DNA from: Chloroflexota bacterium
GTDB taxonomy: Bacteria > Chloroflexota > Limnocylindria > Limnocylindrales > CSP1-4
NCBI GenBank assembly: GCA_003158675.1
Contig: PMKN01000040.1
Span: 8,590-64,195 of the forward strand
Reading direction: 5' to 3'
Length of the DNA: 55,606 nt
Position numbers and translations under genes: made by a program. Position 1 is the first letter of the stretch; every line of letters starts with the position of its first letter. Below are positions 47,487-55,606 of the stretch, in pieces. Below the pieces are notes generated by a model. The model had not been told where the DNA came from. It did no database searches and was given only the letters and a program-made list of their open reading frames with translations.

Positions 47487-48770
47487 GTGAGCGAGCTTAC
47501 CTTCCCCGACGGGTTTCTCTGGGGTACGGCAACCGCGGCGCATCAAGTAGAGGGCGACAACACCAACAGCGATTGGTGGGCCTTCGAGCGGATGCCGGAC
47601 ACGCCCTGCAAAGAGCCGAGCGGATCCGCAATCGAGCACTATCGGCGATATGCGCGCGACATCGCGATGTTGGCCGGCCTGGGCTTCAACACCTACCGAT
47701 TCTCGGTGGAATGGGCGCGAATCGAACCGGCTGAAGGCGAGTACGACCAGGCCCAGATGACCCACTACCGCCGGATGGTCGACCTTTGTCGCAAGAGCAA
47801 GCTCACGCCGATGGTGACCCTCAACCACTTCACGTTGCCCAAATGGCTTGCCGATCGGGGCGGCTGGCTGTCGCCCACCATCACGCGCCACTTCGAGCGC
47901 TTCACCCAGCATGTCGTCCAGGCGCTGGGCGATCGAGTGGAGTGGTACTGCACGCTGAACGAGCCGGGCATCGTGGCCTTCGGGGGCTATGGCGGCGGGC
48001 TTCCCTTCCCGCCCATGCTCAAGGGCGTGGAGAACTGGAAGTCGGCGACGGCCCACCTCGTGGAGGCCCACAAGGCCTCGAGGGCGGCCATCAAGCAGCT
48101 GCTCCCGAGCGCGAAGGTCGGCCTGACAAACTCGATGCAGGAATGGGAGGCCAACGCCGGAGGCACGCCGGTCATGAACTACGCCCGCGGTCTTATGGAG
48201 GACGCCTATCTCGAGGCCGCCGCGGACGACGAGTTCATCGGCATTCAGACGTACACGCGGGCCCGGCTCGATCTCCCTCGGGCCGCCGGAATCGCAGCCC
48301 GCTTCGGGCTCTCGATCCCCGCCATCGAGAAGATGCTCGTTGGGCGCATCACGGCATGGCAGCGAGAGTCCGGTTCCGGAATCGCCACTGCGCCGGGGGT
48401 TCGAACCACGCAGATGGGGTACGAGTACCGCCCCCAGGCCGTGGCGGCGACCGTCCGCCGCGCGGCCAGTCTGCTGCCCGGCAAACCGATCGTTGTGACC
48501 GAACACGGCATTGCCACAGACGACGACACGGAGCGCATCGAGTTCATCACCGCGGGGTTGCAATCCCTCCACGCCGCGATCGAGGACGGCATTCCCCTCA
48601 AGGGCTACGTCTACTGGAGCGCCTTCGACAACTTCGAGTGGTCGAGCGGCTACGCCATGAAGTTTGGGCTGATCGCCGTGAACCGAACCACTCAGGAGCG
48701 AACCATCAAGCCGTCGGGCCGCTTCCTGGGCGAGATTTCGCGAGCCAACCGCCTCAAGTTGCCGACGTAG
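47487..48770 (+). CDS. Glycoside hydrolase family 1 (beta-glucosidase/galactosidase)
   Basis: FPDGFLWGTATAAHQVEG, YRFSVEWARIEP, TLNEP (acid/base), VTEHG (nucleophile), DNFEW. Confidence 0.95.
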   Translation: MSELTFPDGFLWGTATAAHQVEGDNTNSDWWAFERMPDTPCKEPSGSAIEHYRRYARDIAMLAGLGFNTYRFSVEWARIEPAEGEYDQAQMTHYRRMVDLCRKSKLTPMVTLNHFTLPKWLADRGGWLSPTITRHFERFTQHVVQALGDRVEWYCTLNEPGIVAFGGYGGGLPFPPMLKGVENWKSATAHLVEAHKASRAAIKQLLPSAKVGLTNSMQEWEANAGGTPVMNYARGLMEDAYLEAAADDEFIGIQTYTRARLDLPRAAGIAARFGLSIPAIEKMLVGRITAWQRESGSGIATAPGVRTTQMGYEYRPQAVAATVRRAASLLPGKPIVVTEHGIATDDDTERIEFITAGLQSLHAAIEDGIPLKGYVYWSAFDNFEWSSGYAMKFGLIAVNRTTQERTIKPSGRFLGEISRANRLKLPT

Positions 48771-48823
48771 ACCGCACCCGCCGTCCGCCGGACCAGGTGG
48801 TCGCCCGACGCCCAGATAACGCA

Positions 48824-48848
48824 AGACCGGCGCAGCCCGCGCCGGTCT
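48824..48848 (+). terminator. Possible terminator hairpin after the GH1 gene
   Basis: 10-bp perfect stem agaccggcgc/gcgccggtct with a 5-nt loop; no U-tract. Confidence 0.4.
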
Positions 48849-49252
48849 CGGCAAGCGGCTCGCGGCAGGGCTCGCCGTCCCTACCGCGTCGTGAGGCCCG
48901 CCCGAGTGTCACCGCTGAGGTTGCCCGCCCGAGCTCGGAACTGGAGGTTCGACGCGCAGCGCTCACGGTCGGCCGCCAACGGGAAGGTCCCGCTGCTTTC
49001 GCGATTGAGTCGCGCACCTCTGGCCGAAACCTGTGCCCGCATGCCGCCTCCCGCACCTGGAAACCGGGCGATGGAGCCACGCTACGCCTGGCCCAGAGCC
49101 GAATGCAATACCCGATCGAATGGGCCCTGATGGGAATGGCCTTCACGGCCGATGCCTAGTCTGAGCGTGTTCCGCCCACCGAGCCGGCCGCGCCCGATCT
49201 GGGCGCCAACGGCACGTCGTCGCCTCTCGGCAAGGAGCCGCCCGAACATCTG

Positions 49253-50536
49253 ATGGACAAGGAATCGCCGCTCGCACGAGCACCCTCGCCCGCGGCCGAC
49301 TGGGCCCTCGACGAGACCGTGACGTTCCTCAATCACGGTTCCTTTGGCGCGTGTCCGCGGGCGATCCTGGACGTCCAGCGGGGCTGGCGAGACAAGCTGG
49401 AAGCCCATCCGGTCCGCTTCCTGGGCCGCGAATTGGAGGACCTGCAGGATTGGGCTCGCTCGGAGATCGGAGCGTTCGTCGGAGCCGACGCCGACGACCT
49501 GGCGCTCGTCTCCAACGCCACGACGGCCGTGAACATAGTCCTGCGGTCCCTGCGCTTCGAGAAGGCGGACGAGCTGCTTGCCACCGACCACACCTACAAC
49601 GCCATCCTGAGCGCCCTTCGGTTCCGCGCGGCCACGGACGGAGCAAGGGTCGTGGTGGCGCGAATCCCCTTGCCAATCTCCTCGCCGGACGCCGCTTTCA
49701 ATGCGGTCATGGAGGCGGTTACTCCCCGAACGAAACTGGCGGTGCTGGACCATGCGACCAGCGTCTCGTCCTTGATCATGCCGGTGGAGCGGCTCATCCC
49801 CGCTCTGGCTGAGCGCGGTATAGACGTCCTGGTGGACGGCGCCCACGGGCCCGGAATGCTGCCCCTCCGGCTGACCGAGCTTGGCGCCGCCTACTACGCC
49901 GGCAACGGCCACAAGTGGATGTGCGCCCCGAAAGGTTCGGCCTTCCTGCACGTCCGACGCGACCGGCAGGCAACGATCAAGCCGCTCTCGATCTCTCACG
50001 GGGCGAACGACAACCGCAACGATCGCTCGCGCTTCCGCCTGGAGTTCGACTGGCAGGGCACGATCGATCCGAGCGCCTGGCTGACCTGGCCAGCGGCCAT
50101 CGACGGCCTGGCCGAGATGTTCCCGGGCGGCTGGGCGGCGATCGTCGCCTTCAACCACCAACTGGCCGTCACCGCTGCCCAGATGCTGGCCCAGGCGCTC
50201 CATACGGCCGTCCAGGCACCGCCGGAAATGACCGGCTCGATGTCTACGATTCCGCTGCCCGGCGGTCCGTGGTCCCGGGTCGAAGCGACGCGCCGCAAGG
50301 ATCTGATCGAAGCCGCGCTGCGTGCCCGCCGCTTCGAGGTGCCGCTGATGATGTGGCCCAGCCCGTGGCTCGTCGATTCGGGGGACCTGCCGGCCACGAC
50401 CGAATTCTTCTTGCTGGTCCGGATCTCGGCCCATATCTACAACTACTTCGGCCAGTACGAGCGTTTGGCTTCGATCCTGAGCGGTTTTCCGGGCGCCGAC
50501 CGCACCCAGGCCGGCCCGCCACCATCGACGGACTGA
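49253..50536 (+). CDS. Class V PLP-dependent enzyme (isopenicillin-N epimerase / EgtE / L-cysteine desulfhydrase-like)
   Basis: FLNHGSFGACP, NATTAVN, VDGAHGPG, GNGHKWMCAPKG, WQGT.D, RISAHIYN. Confidence 0.9.
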   Translation: MDKESPLARAPSPAADWALDETVTFLNHGSFGACPRAILDVQRGWRDKLEAHPVRFLGRELEDLQDWARSEIGAFVGADADDLALVSNATTAVNIVLRSLRFEKADELLATDHTYNAILSALRFRAATDGARVVVARIPLPISSPDAAFNAVMEAVTPRTKLAVLDHATSVSSLIMPVERLIPALAERGIDVLVDGAHGPGMLPLRLTELGAAYYAGNGHKWMCAPKGSAFLHVRRDRQATIKPLSISHGANDNRNDRSRFRLEFDWQGTIDPSAWLTWPAAIDGLAEMFPGGWAAIVAFNHQLAVTAAQMLAQALHTAVQAPPEMTGSMSTIPLPGGPWSRVEATRRKDLIEAALRARRFEVPLMMWPSPWLVDSGDLPATTEFFLLVRISAHIYNYFGQYERLASILSGFPGADRTQAGPPPSTD

Positions 50537-50561
50537 GCCGGCCCTAACGGCTGCGCAGGCC

Positions 50562-51830
50562 TCAGTGGCCGCCGAGCGGACCGGCCCCGTCGACCGGTGC
50601 GACTTCGTAGAGGCGCGCGACCAGGCCCGTCCGACGCGGGTATTCGGTGGCAACGGCTCGGGCCAGGGCGGACACGGCCCCATCTCGAACGAGGTTCACG
50701 GTGCAACCGCCGAACCCCGGCCCCGTCATTCGCGCCGCCACGACACCGGGCACGGACGTGGCGATCGTGACCATGGCGTCGAGCGCGGGCACGCTGGCCT
50801 CGAACTGCGTCCGAAGCGACTCGTGGGATGCGGCGAAGATGCGGCCCAGGGCATGGAGGTCGCCCAAGGCCAGCGCGACCGCGACGGCGCGGACCCTGAG
50901 GTTCTCGGTGATGACGTGCTCGGCGCGGCGCGCCAGCTTCTCTGGCAAGGCGTGGCGGTGTCTGCGCAGCGTGGCCAGGTCGACGTCCCGCAGCGACGCG
51001 ATGCTGGGCTCCCGCTCGGCAAGCAGGGCTACCGCGCGGCCGCATTCGGCACGCCGCTCGGCGAGCGACGAACTGAGCCGGGCTCGCGGCACGCCGGCGT
51101 CGCAGATGACCACACGCAGGCCCTCGGGCATGGCGACGGTCCGGCTCTCCAGAGAGCGGCAGTCGAGCAGGATAGCTCGCCCTGCGCGGCCGGCGGCGCT
51201 GGCAAACTGATCCACGAGCCCGCACTCGGCGCCGACATACTCGCGTTCGGCGCGCTGCGCCAGGGCCGCGAGATGCGGGGCGGCGACCCGGCGCTCACCT
51301 GCGAGCAGGGCGACGGCCGAGGCGAGTTCGAGAGCAGCGGACGAGGCGAGGCCGACGCCGAGCGGGACGGTGGAGTCGACCACGCCGTCGAACCCGCCGA
51401 TGGGCAGCCCGCCTTCACGCAGCGACCACGCGGTCCCGGCCACATAGTCGGTCCAGCGAGGGCCCGGCAGCCGTTCGGACGCCGCGTTCTCGAGCGCGAT
51501 CCCGCCCCCGCTCCTGCCCGATCCCGCTTCGAGATCGTCGATCTGGAATGCGGCGACCTCAGCGGACTGGAGCGAGGCGATCCGCACCGACCGGTCGCGT
51601 CTCCGGCGCGTTGCGATCCAGGTATCTAGTTCGATCGCGATCGGAAGCACGAAACCGTCGTTGTAGTCTGTGTGGTCGCCCATGAGATTGACCCGGCCCG
51701 GAGCTCGCACGAAGGCAATTTCGTTCGAGTTCGATTCCGCGTCGTCGGGAAAAGTCGCGCGCAGCGCGGCCTCCAGACGACGCCGCCGGTCGGCGTCGCG
51801 CGCGGCTACGAGGGCCAGGATGTCTCCCAC
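50562..51830 (-). CDS. galK: Galactokinase (GHMP kinase)
   Basis: APGRVNLMGDHTDYNDG, PLGVGLASSAA, CG..DQ, LLDCRSL, ARMTGPGFGGC. Confidence 0.88.
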   Translation of the reverse strand: MGDILALVAARDADRRRRLEAALRATFPDDAESNSNEIAFVRAPGRVNLMGDHTDYNDGFVLPIAIELDTWIATRRRRDRSVRIASLQSAEVAAFQIDDLEAGSGRSGGGIALENAASERLPGPRWTDYVAGTAWSLREGGLPIGGFDGVVDSTVPLGVGLASSAALELASAVALLAGERRVAAPHLAALAQRAEREYVGAECGLVDQFASAAGRAGRAILLDCRSLESRTVAMPEGLRVVICDAGVPRARLSSSLAERRAECGRAVALLAEREPSIASLRDVDLATLRRHRHALPEKLARRAEHVITENLRVRAVAVALALGDLHALGRIFAASHESLRTQFEASVPALDAMVTIATSVPGVVAARMTGPGFGGCTVNLVRDGAVSALARAVATEYPRRTGLVARLYEVAPVDGAGPLGGH

Positions 51831-51836
51831 CGCTAA

Positions 51837-51842
51837 ATGCTA
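51837..51842 (-). promoter_or_regulatory. -10 element TAGCAT 6 nt before the galK GTG (leaderless promoter)
   Basis: Minus strand reads TAGCAT-ttagcg-GTG. Confidence 0.5.
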
Positions 51843-51926
51843 GCGCCGCCCGAAGCCATTGATGAGCGGCAGGACTAAGATGGCCCGGGACGCTGCCGAA
51901 GATGTCCGTGGCAGCAGTGGGTTGAG

Positions 51927-53444
51927 ATGCCATCCGGCGAGTATCTTCTCGCGCCCTTCGCGGTAGCAACCGCTGCCGCCATGGCGCTGGCCGCCTTGAT
52001 CGGAGCTGCCCTGACGGGCCGCGGCCCTCTCTATCGACGCGTCCAGAGTATCGGTCGCCTCCGGACGGGGCGGCGAGACGAAGCCCAGGCCGCCCCCGCC
52101 TCCGCGCCAGCCTCCGGAGATGAAGCTTCGGGCCATGCTGTCGAGCCCCAGATTCGGCTCCTGGCGAGACATGACCGGCCTCTGGCGGCCACGGCACTCC
52201 AGCGCGATCGCCCATCCGAGGACGAACTCACCACCGTCCTTGGAGGCTCGTTTGCCGATGAGACGTTCAATCGGGCCCTTCGAGTCCTGGCCTGGTCGCT
52301 CATCCTGACGGCGATGGCGGTCGTGCTGATCAGCCACCGCTGGCAGCCGGTCGAACCTCAGATATTCGCCACCCTCACCCTGGCCGGCGGGTTCGTACTG
52401 GTCGTCCACGAGTTCCTGCCGTCGAGTGGGTTGGGAAACGGCCGCTTCCTGCTGGAGGCCAGCGGAACGACCGGATTCTTGACGGCACTGGTTCTGTTGA
52501 CGGGAAACGCCATCAGCCCCTTCTTCTTCGTCTTCCCGTTGCTCGCGGGCGGCGCGGCGCTCATCGCCGCCCGGCCTCGGGTGACATTCATTCTGGCTCT
52601 GGAGACGGCGGCGGCCTACGGCATCGTCGCCTGGGCCGGCTGGGTCAACGGCGACTCCACGAGCGACTCGCTCATTCGGGTCGGGATCAACATCGCGGCC
52701 CTGCTGTTGCTGGTCTACGCGGGAACGGCAGTCGCACGCGTCCAGCGGCGCACTCGCGACGCTGCCATTCGGCTCTCCACCATCGACTCGCTGACGGACA
52801 TCTTCAACCGAGCCTTCTTCTTCAACGCAGTCGAACGAGAGATTCAGCGCAGCCAGCGGTTCCAGCGGGGCTTCTGCTTGCTGATGATGGACCTCGATGG
52901 CCTGAAGTCGATCAACGACCGCTACGGCCACTACCAGGGCGACCTCGTCCTGCGGGACGTGGCCCGGGTCATAAGCGGCGGACTGCGCAAAGTGGACGTG
53001 GCCGCCCGCTACGGCGGCGACGAATTCGTGGCGCTGCTGCCCGAGACGGACGCCTCGGGAGGATACCGCGCGGCCGAGAAGATACGTCTCGGCGTGAACG
53101 AGCTGACGATCGAATCGGACGGCCAGGCGATCAACGTATCGATCTCGATCGGCATCGTCTCGTACCCGGAAGGCGGCGAGACCGCGGACGCGCTGCTCAT
53201 CGCCGCCGATCAGGCGATGTATTCATCCAAGAGCCTGGGCAAGAACATGGTGGTTGGGTACGCCGACCTCAGCAAGCGTTCCGGCGGACCGTCGCCGAGT
53301 GCCGGCACCGGCCCCGGAAGCGGCGGCGGGGGCGGCGGGGGCAGTGGCGCCGGTGGCGCCGGGCGGCGTGGCGAGCGGGCCAGGAGCGTTGCGGATCGCA
53401 GGGATCAGGACCCGGACGAGTTCGGGGGCAGCCGGCCGGCCTGA
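51927..53444 (+). CDS. Membrane-bound diguanylate cyclase (GGDEF)
   Basis: Multiple TM helices; DSLT...NR, DLD.LK.IND.YGH..GD, I-site RKVD and GGDEF; Gly-rich tail. Confidence 0.93.
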   Translation: MPSGEYLLAPFAVATAAAMALAALIGAALTGRGPLYRRVQSIGRLRTGRRDEAQAAPASAPASGDEASGHAVEPQIRLLARHDRPLAATALQRDRPSEDELTTVLGGSFADETFNRALRVLAWSLILTAMAVVLISHRWQPVEPQIFATLTLAGGFVLVVHEFLPSSGLGNGRFLLEASGTTGFLTALVLLTGNAISPFFFVFPLLAGGAALIAARPRVTFILALETAAAYGIVAWAGWVNGDSTSDSLIRVGINIAALLLLVYAGTAVARVQRRTRDAAIRLSTIDSLTDIFNRAFFFNAVEREIQRSQRFQRGFCLLMMDLDGLKSINDRYGHYQGDLVLRDVARVISGGLRKVDVAARYGGDEFVALLPETDASGGYRAAEKIRLGVNELTIESDGQAINVSISIGIVSYPEGGETADALLIAADQAMYSSKSLGKNMVVGYADLSKRSGGPSPSAGTGPGSGGGGGGGSGAGGAGRRGERARSVADRRDQDPDEFGGSRPA

Positions 53445-53507
53445 ACGTCCAGAAGGTGGCCCGCAATCGCCAGGCGGTCGGTGAATTCGGGCTCGGTTCC
53501 GGCGGTG

Positions 53508-53513
53508 TAGCAT
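53508..53513 (+). promoter_or_regulatory. -10 element TAGCAT 6 nt before ATG 53520 (leaderless promoter)
   Basis: TAGCAT-ccggtg-ATG with no SD sequence. Confidence 0.5.
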
Positions 53514-53519
53514 CCGGTG

Positions 53520-54722
53520 ATGGCTGGCTTCTCTACGCGTGCGATCAGGGCTGCGACGCGTCCGCCCAAGGTGACCCAGACCCCGTCCAGCGTGCCCATC
53601 TACCAGGCCGCCGCCTTCGCCACGGATGACGCCGCAGAGCTTGGCGACGTCCTGACCGGAGCCGTCCCGGGCTACGCCTACAGCCGCATCGACAACCCCA
53701 CGACTGCCAGCCTGGGAGCCGCCGTCGCCGAACTCGAAGGCGCAGAGGCCGGGCTGGCTTTCGCAACCGGAATGGCCGCGATCCATGCCGCCATCCTGTC
53801 CGTCGTCCGAGCCGGCCAGACGATCGTCGCCACGCAGGCGGTCTACGGCACGACACGCGATCTGCTGACGCGCGTTCTTTCGGGCCTGGGTATCGCGACG
53901 GAGTTCGTCGACCCTCGCGACCTGGACGCGGTGGACGGCGCGCTGGCTCGGACCGGCGCGCCGATCCTGTATGTGGAGACGATCTCCAACCCGACGATCG
54001 TGGTTTCGGACCTGGCCGCGCTGGCCGGTGTGGCGCATCGGCGTGGCGCGCTGCTGCTGGTCGACAATACGTTCGCATCTCCGTACGCATGCCGGCCCAT
54101 CGAGCTGGGCGCGGACCTGGTGATGCACTCCGCAACGAAGTACCTCTCCGGGCACGGCGACGTTCTGGCAGGGGCTGTGGTCGGAAGCCACGAGCGGATC
54201 GCGGCGGTCCGCCCGATCCTCGTCGACGTGGGCGGGGCGTTGGCGCCCCTTGCGGCGTTCCTGGTGCTGCGCGGCCTGCCGACGCTGGCGATTCGAATGG
54301 AGCGACACACCGAAACGGCCCTCGAGCTGGCGGCCTGGCTGGCCGGGCAGGAGGGCGTCAAGCGAGTCCACTACCCGGGCTTGCCGGCCGATCCAAGCCA
54401 CTCGGTCGCGCTGCGGCAGCTGCACGTGTTCGGTGGAATGCTGGCCTTCGAGGTGGCGGGCGGACGAGAAGCCGGACGCGCGTTCCTGGACGCGATGGTC
54501 GTGGCCGAGCGGACGGCTTCGCTGGGCGCCGTGCGAACGATCACGACGGCTCCGGCCTCAACCACTCACCGGCAGCTGGACGCGGCCGCGCTGCGTGCCG
54601 CGGGGATCGCCCCCGGCCTGCTGCGCTGCTCGGTGGGGTTGGAGGACGTTGAGGATCTCCGAGCCGACTTCGAGCTGGGTCTGGCCGCGGCGCACGAGGC
54701 CACCAAGTCCTCTCGGGACTAG
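53520..54722 (+). CDS. Cys/Met metabolism PLP-dependent enzyme (cystathionine gamma-synthase/lyase, methionine gamma-lyase or MetZ family)
   Basis: YSRIDNPT, FATGMAAI, ETISNP, VDNTFASP, HSATKYLSGHGD, SLG, R.SVGLED. Confidence 0.93.
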   Translation: MAGFSTRAIRAATRPPKVTQTPSSVPIYQAAAFATDDAAELGDVLTGAVPGYAYSRIDNPTTASLGAAVAELEGAEAGLAFATGMAAIHAAILSVVRAGQTIVATQAVYGTTRDLLTRVLSGLGIATEFVDPRDLDAVDGALARTGAPILYVETISNPTIVVSDLAALAGVAHRRGALLLVDNTFASPYACRPIELGADLVMHSATKYLSGHGDVLAGAVVGSHERIAAVRPILVDVGGALAPLAAFLVLRGLPTLAIRMERHTETALELAAWLAGQEGVKRVHYPGLPADPSHSVALRQLHVFGGMLAFEVAGGREAGRAFLDAMVVAERTASLGAVRTITTAPASTTHRQLDAAALRAAGIAPGLLRCSVGLEDVEDLRADFELGLAAAHEATKSSRD

Positions 54723-54820
54723 CCCTGCCGGCGTGGCGCCGCCCATACCGAATTCCCACCACGATGGAGTCGGGCCAGACGCAAGCCCTCCAACGGTGCC
54801 AGCGCTCCGCCCGAGAATCG

Positions 54821-54857
54821 AAGAAGCCTCCTCGGCCCGGTGCCGAGGAGGCTTCTT
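54821..54857. terminator. Bidirectional intrinsic terminator between convergent genes
   Basis: Perfect 16-bp stem aagaagcctcctcggc / gccgaggaggcttctt with a 5-nt loop, 9 nt past the glutamine synthetase stop. Confidence 0.85.
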
Positions 54858-54866
54858 GAAGCTAAC

Positions 54867-55606
54867 TCAGTACTGGAACAAGAGCTCGCGGTACTTCGGC
54901 AGTGGCCAGAGCTCGTCCGGAACGAGGCTCTCGATCTCGTCCGCCACGGCGCGCAATTCGCCCTGGGCGGGGATGACCTTGTCCTTGAACGCCTTGGCCT
55001 CGGCGTGCACGGAACCCGCCTCGTGGGCGGCGTGCTGAGCGTGCTCCAGGGCGTGGATGGCGTCCACCAGCTGGTCGGTCAGGGCCGCAACCGTGGCGGC
55101 CATATGGGCGACGCCCTTGGACGAACCGGCGGCCGAGAGTTCACCGAGATACTTGACCGCCGCGGGCAGGATCATCGTCTTGGCAAGGTCGAGTGCGCAG
55201 TTGGCCTCGATGTTGGAAACCTTGACGTAGCGCTCCCAGATGATCTCGACGCGGGCCGCGAGTTCGCGCTCGGAGAGAACCCCGAAGTGGGAGAACACCT
55301 TCTTGGCCTTCGGTGTCGCGAGAGCCGGCAGGGCGTCGACCGTGCTGCGGTTGTTGGGCAGTCCACGCTTCTCGGCTTCCGCGTACCACTCGTCGGCGTA
55401 GTTGTTGCCCTCGAACAGGACTTGCTTGTTCGCCTTGATGATCCCCGACAGGATCTTCGTCAGCCCGGCGAAGTCGCAGGGCTCGAGCTTGTCGAGCTGG
55501 TCCGCGAGCTTCTCGAGGGAGTCGGCCACGGCGGTGTTCAGCACCGTCTGAGGCCAGTAGATCGGGGCGGACGAGCCGACCGAGCGGAACTCGAACTTAT
55601 TGCCGG
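54867..55606 (-). CDS. Glutamine synthetase type III, C-terminal part (5'-truncated by the window edge)
   Basis: GNKFEFRSVGS, FEGNNY..EW..EAEKRGL, and C-terminal WPLPKYRELLF typical of GSIII. Confidence 0.92.
   Translation of the reverse strand, partial: GNKFEFRSVGSSAPIYWPQTVLNTAVADSLEKLADQLDKLEPCDFAGLTKILSGIIKANKQVLFEGNNYADEWYAEAEKRGLPNNRSTVDALPALATPKAKKVFSHFGVLSERELAARVEIIWERYVKVSNIEANCALDLAKTMILPAAVKYLGELSAAGSSKGVAHMAATVAALTDQLVDAIHALEHAQHAAHEAGSVHAEAKAFKDKVIPAQGELRAVADEIESLVPDELWPLPKYRELLFQY

Noticed and set aside
47385-48854. N-terminal 490 codons of the 685-aa minus-strand ORF
   Set aside because: Antisense shadow of the GH1 gene; only 46797-47384 (YdeI family) is protein-like.

Overview
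High-GC (~70% by eye) bacterial chromosomal segment, mostly + strand. Gene content and style suggest Chloroflexota, possibly Limnocylindria-like (inference only). I saw no integrase, transposase, CRISPR array or rRNA. Contents, left to right: (1) 3' part of metH, a rhodanese and guaA. (2) A block of uncharacterised zinc-ribbon/membrane proteins around a UPF0182 protein and a CPBP intramembrane protease. (3) radC-mreB-mreC, with no mreD. (4) An ~18 kb surface-glycan locus: rmlA/B/D without rmlC, two GT4 glycosyltransferases and a complete WbpA/B/E/D/I-type diacetamido-uronic-acid pathway. Embedded in it are two secreted enzymes, a clan-CD-like cysteine protease and a GH18, that end in the same triple ~120-aa repeat module. 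(5) A multi-parvulin foldase, mazG, rph and rdgB. (6) An accessory block of unknown genes ending at tRNA-Pro(TGG). (7) YdeI-family protein, GH1, class-V PLP enzyme, galK, membrane GGDEF protein, Cys/Met PLP lyase, a bidirectional terminator and the 3' part of a type III glutamine synthetase. Best candidate for a novel system: a triple-repeat, glycan-anchored surface-protein display system analogous to SLH/CWB2 triplets. Second candidate: a coupled pair of a putative carbohydrate-active barrel enzyme and a tiny Zn-ribbon protein. Several genes appear to be leaderless. Many start codons below were re-called from the ORF track using RBS, -10 or stop/start-overlap evidence. All family assignments come from motif recognition by eye; no searches were run.
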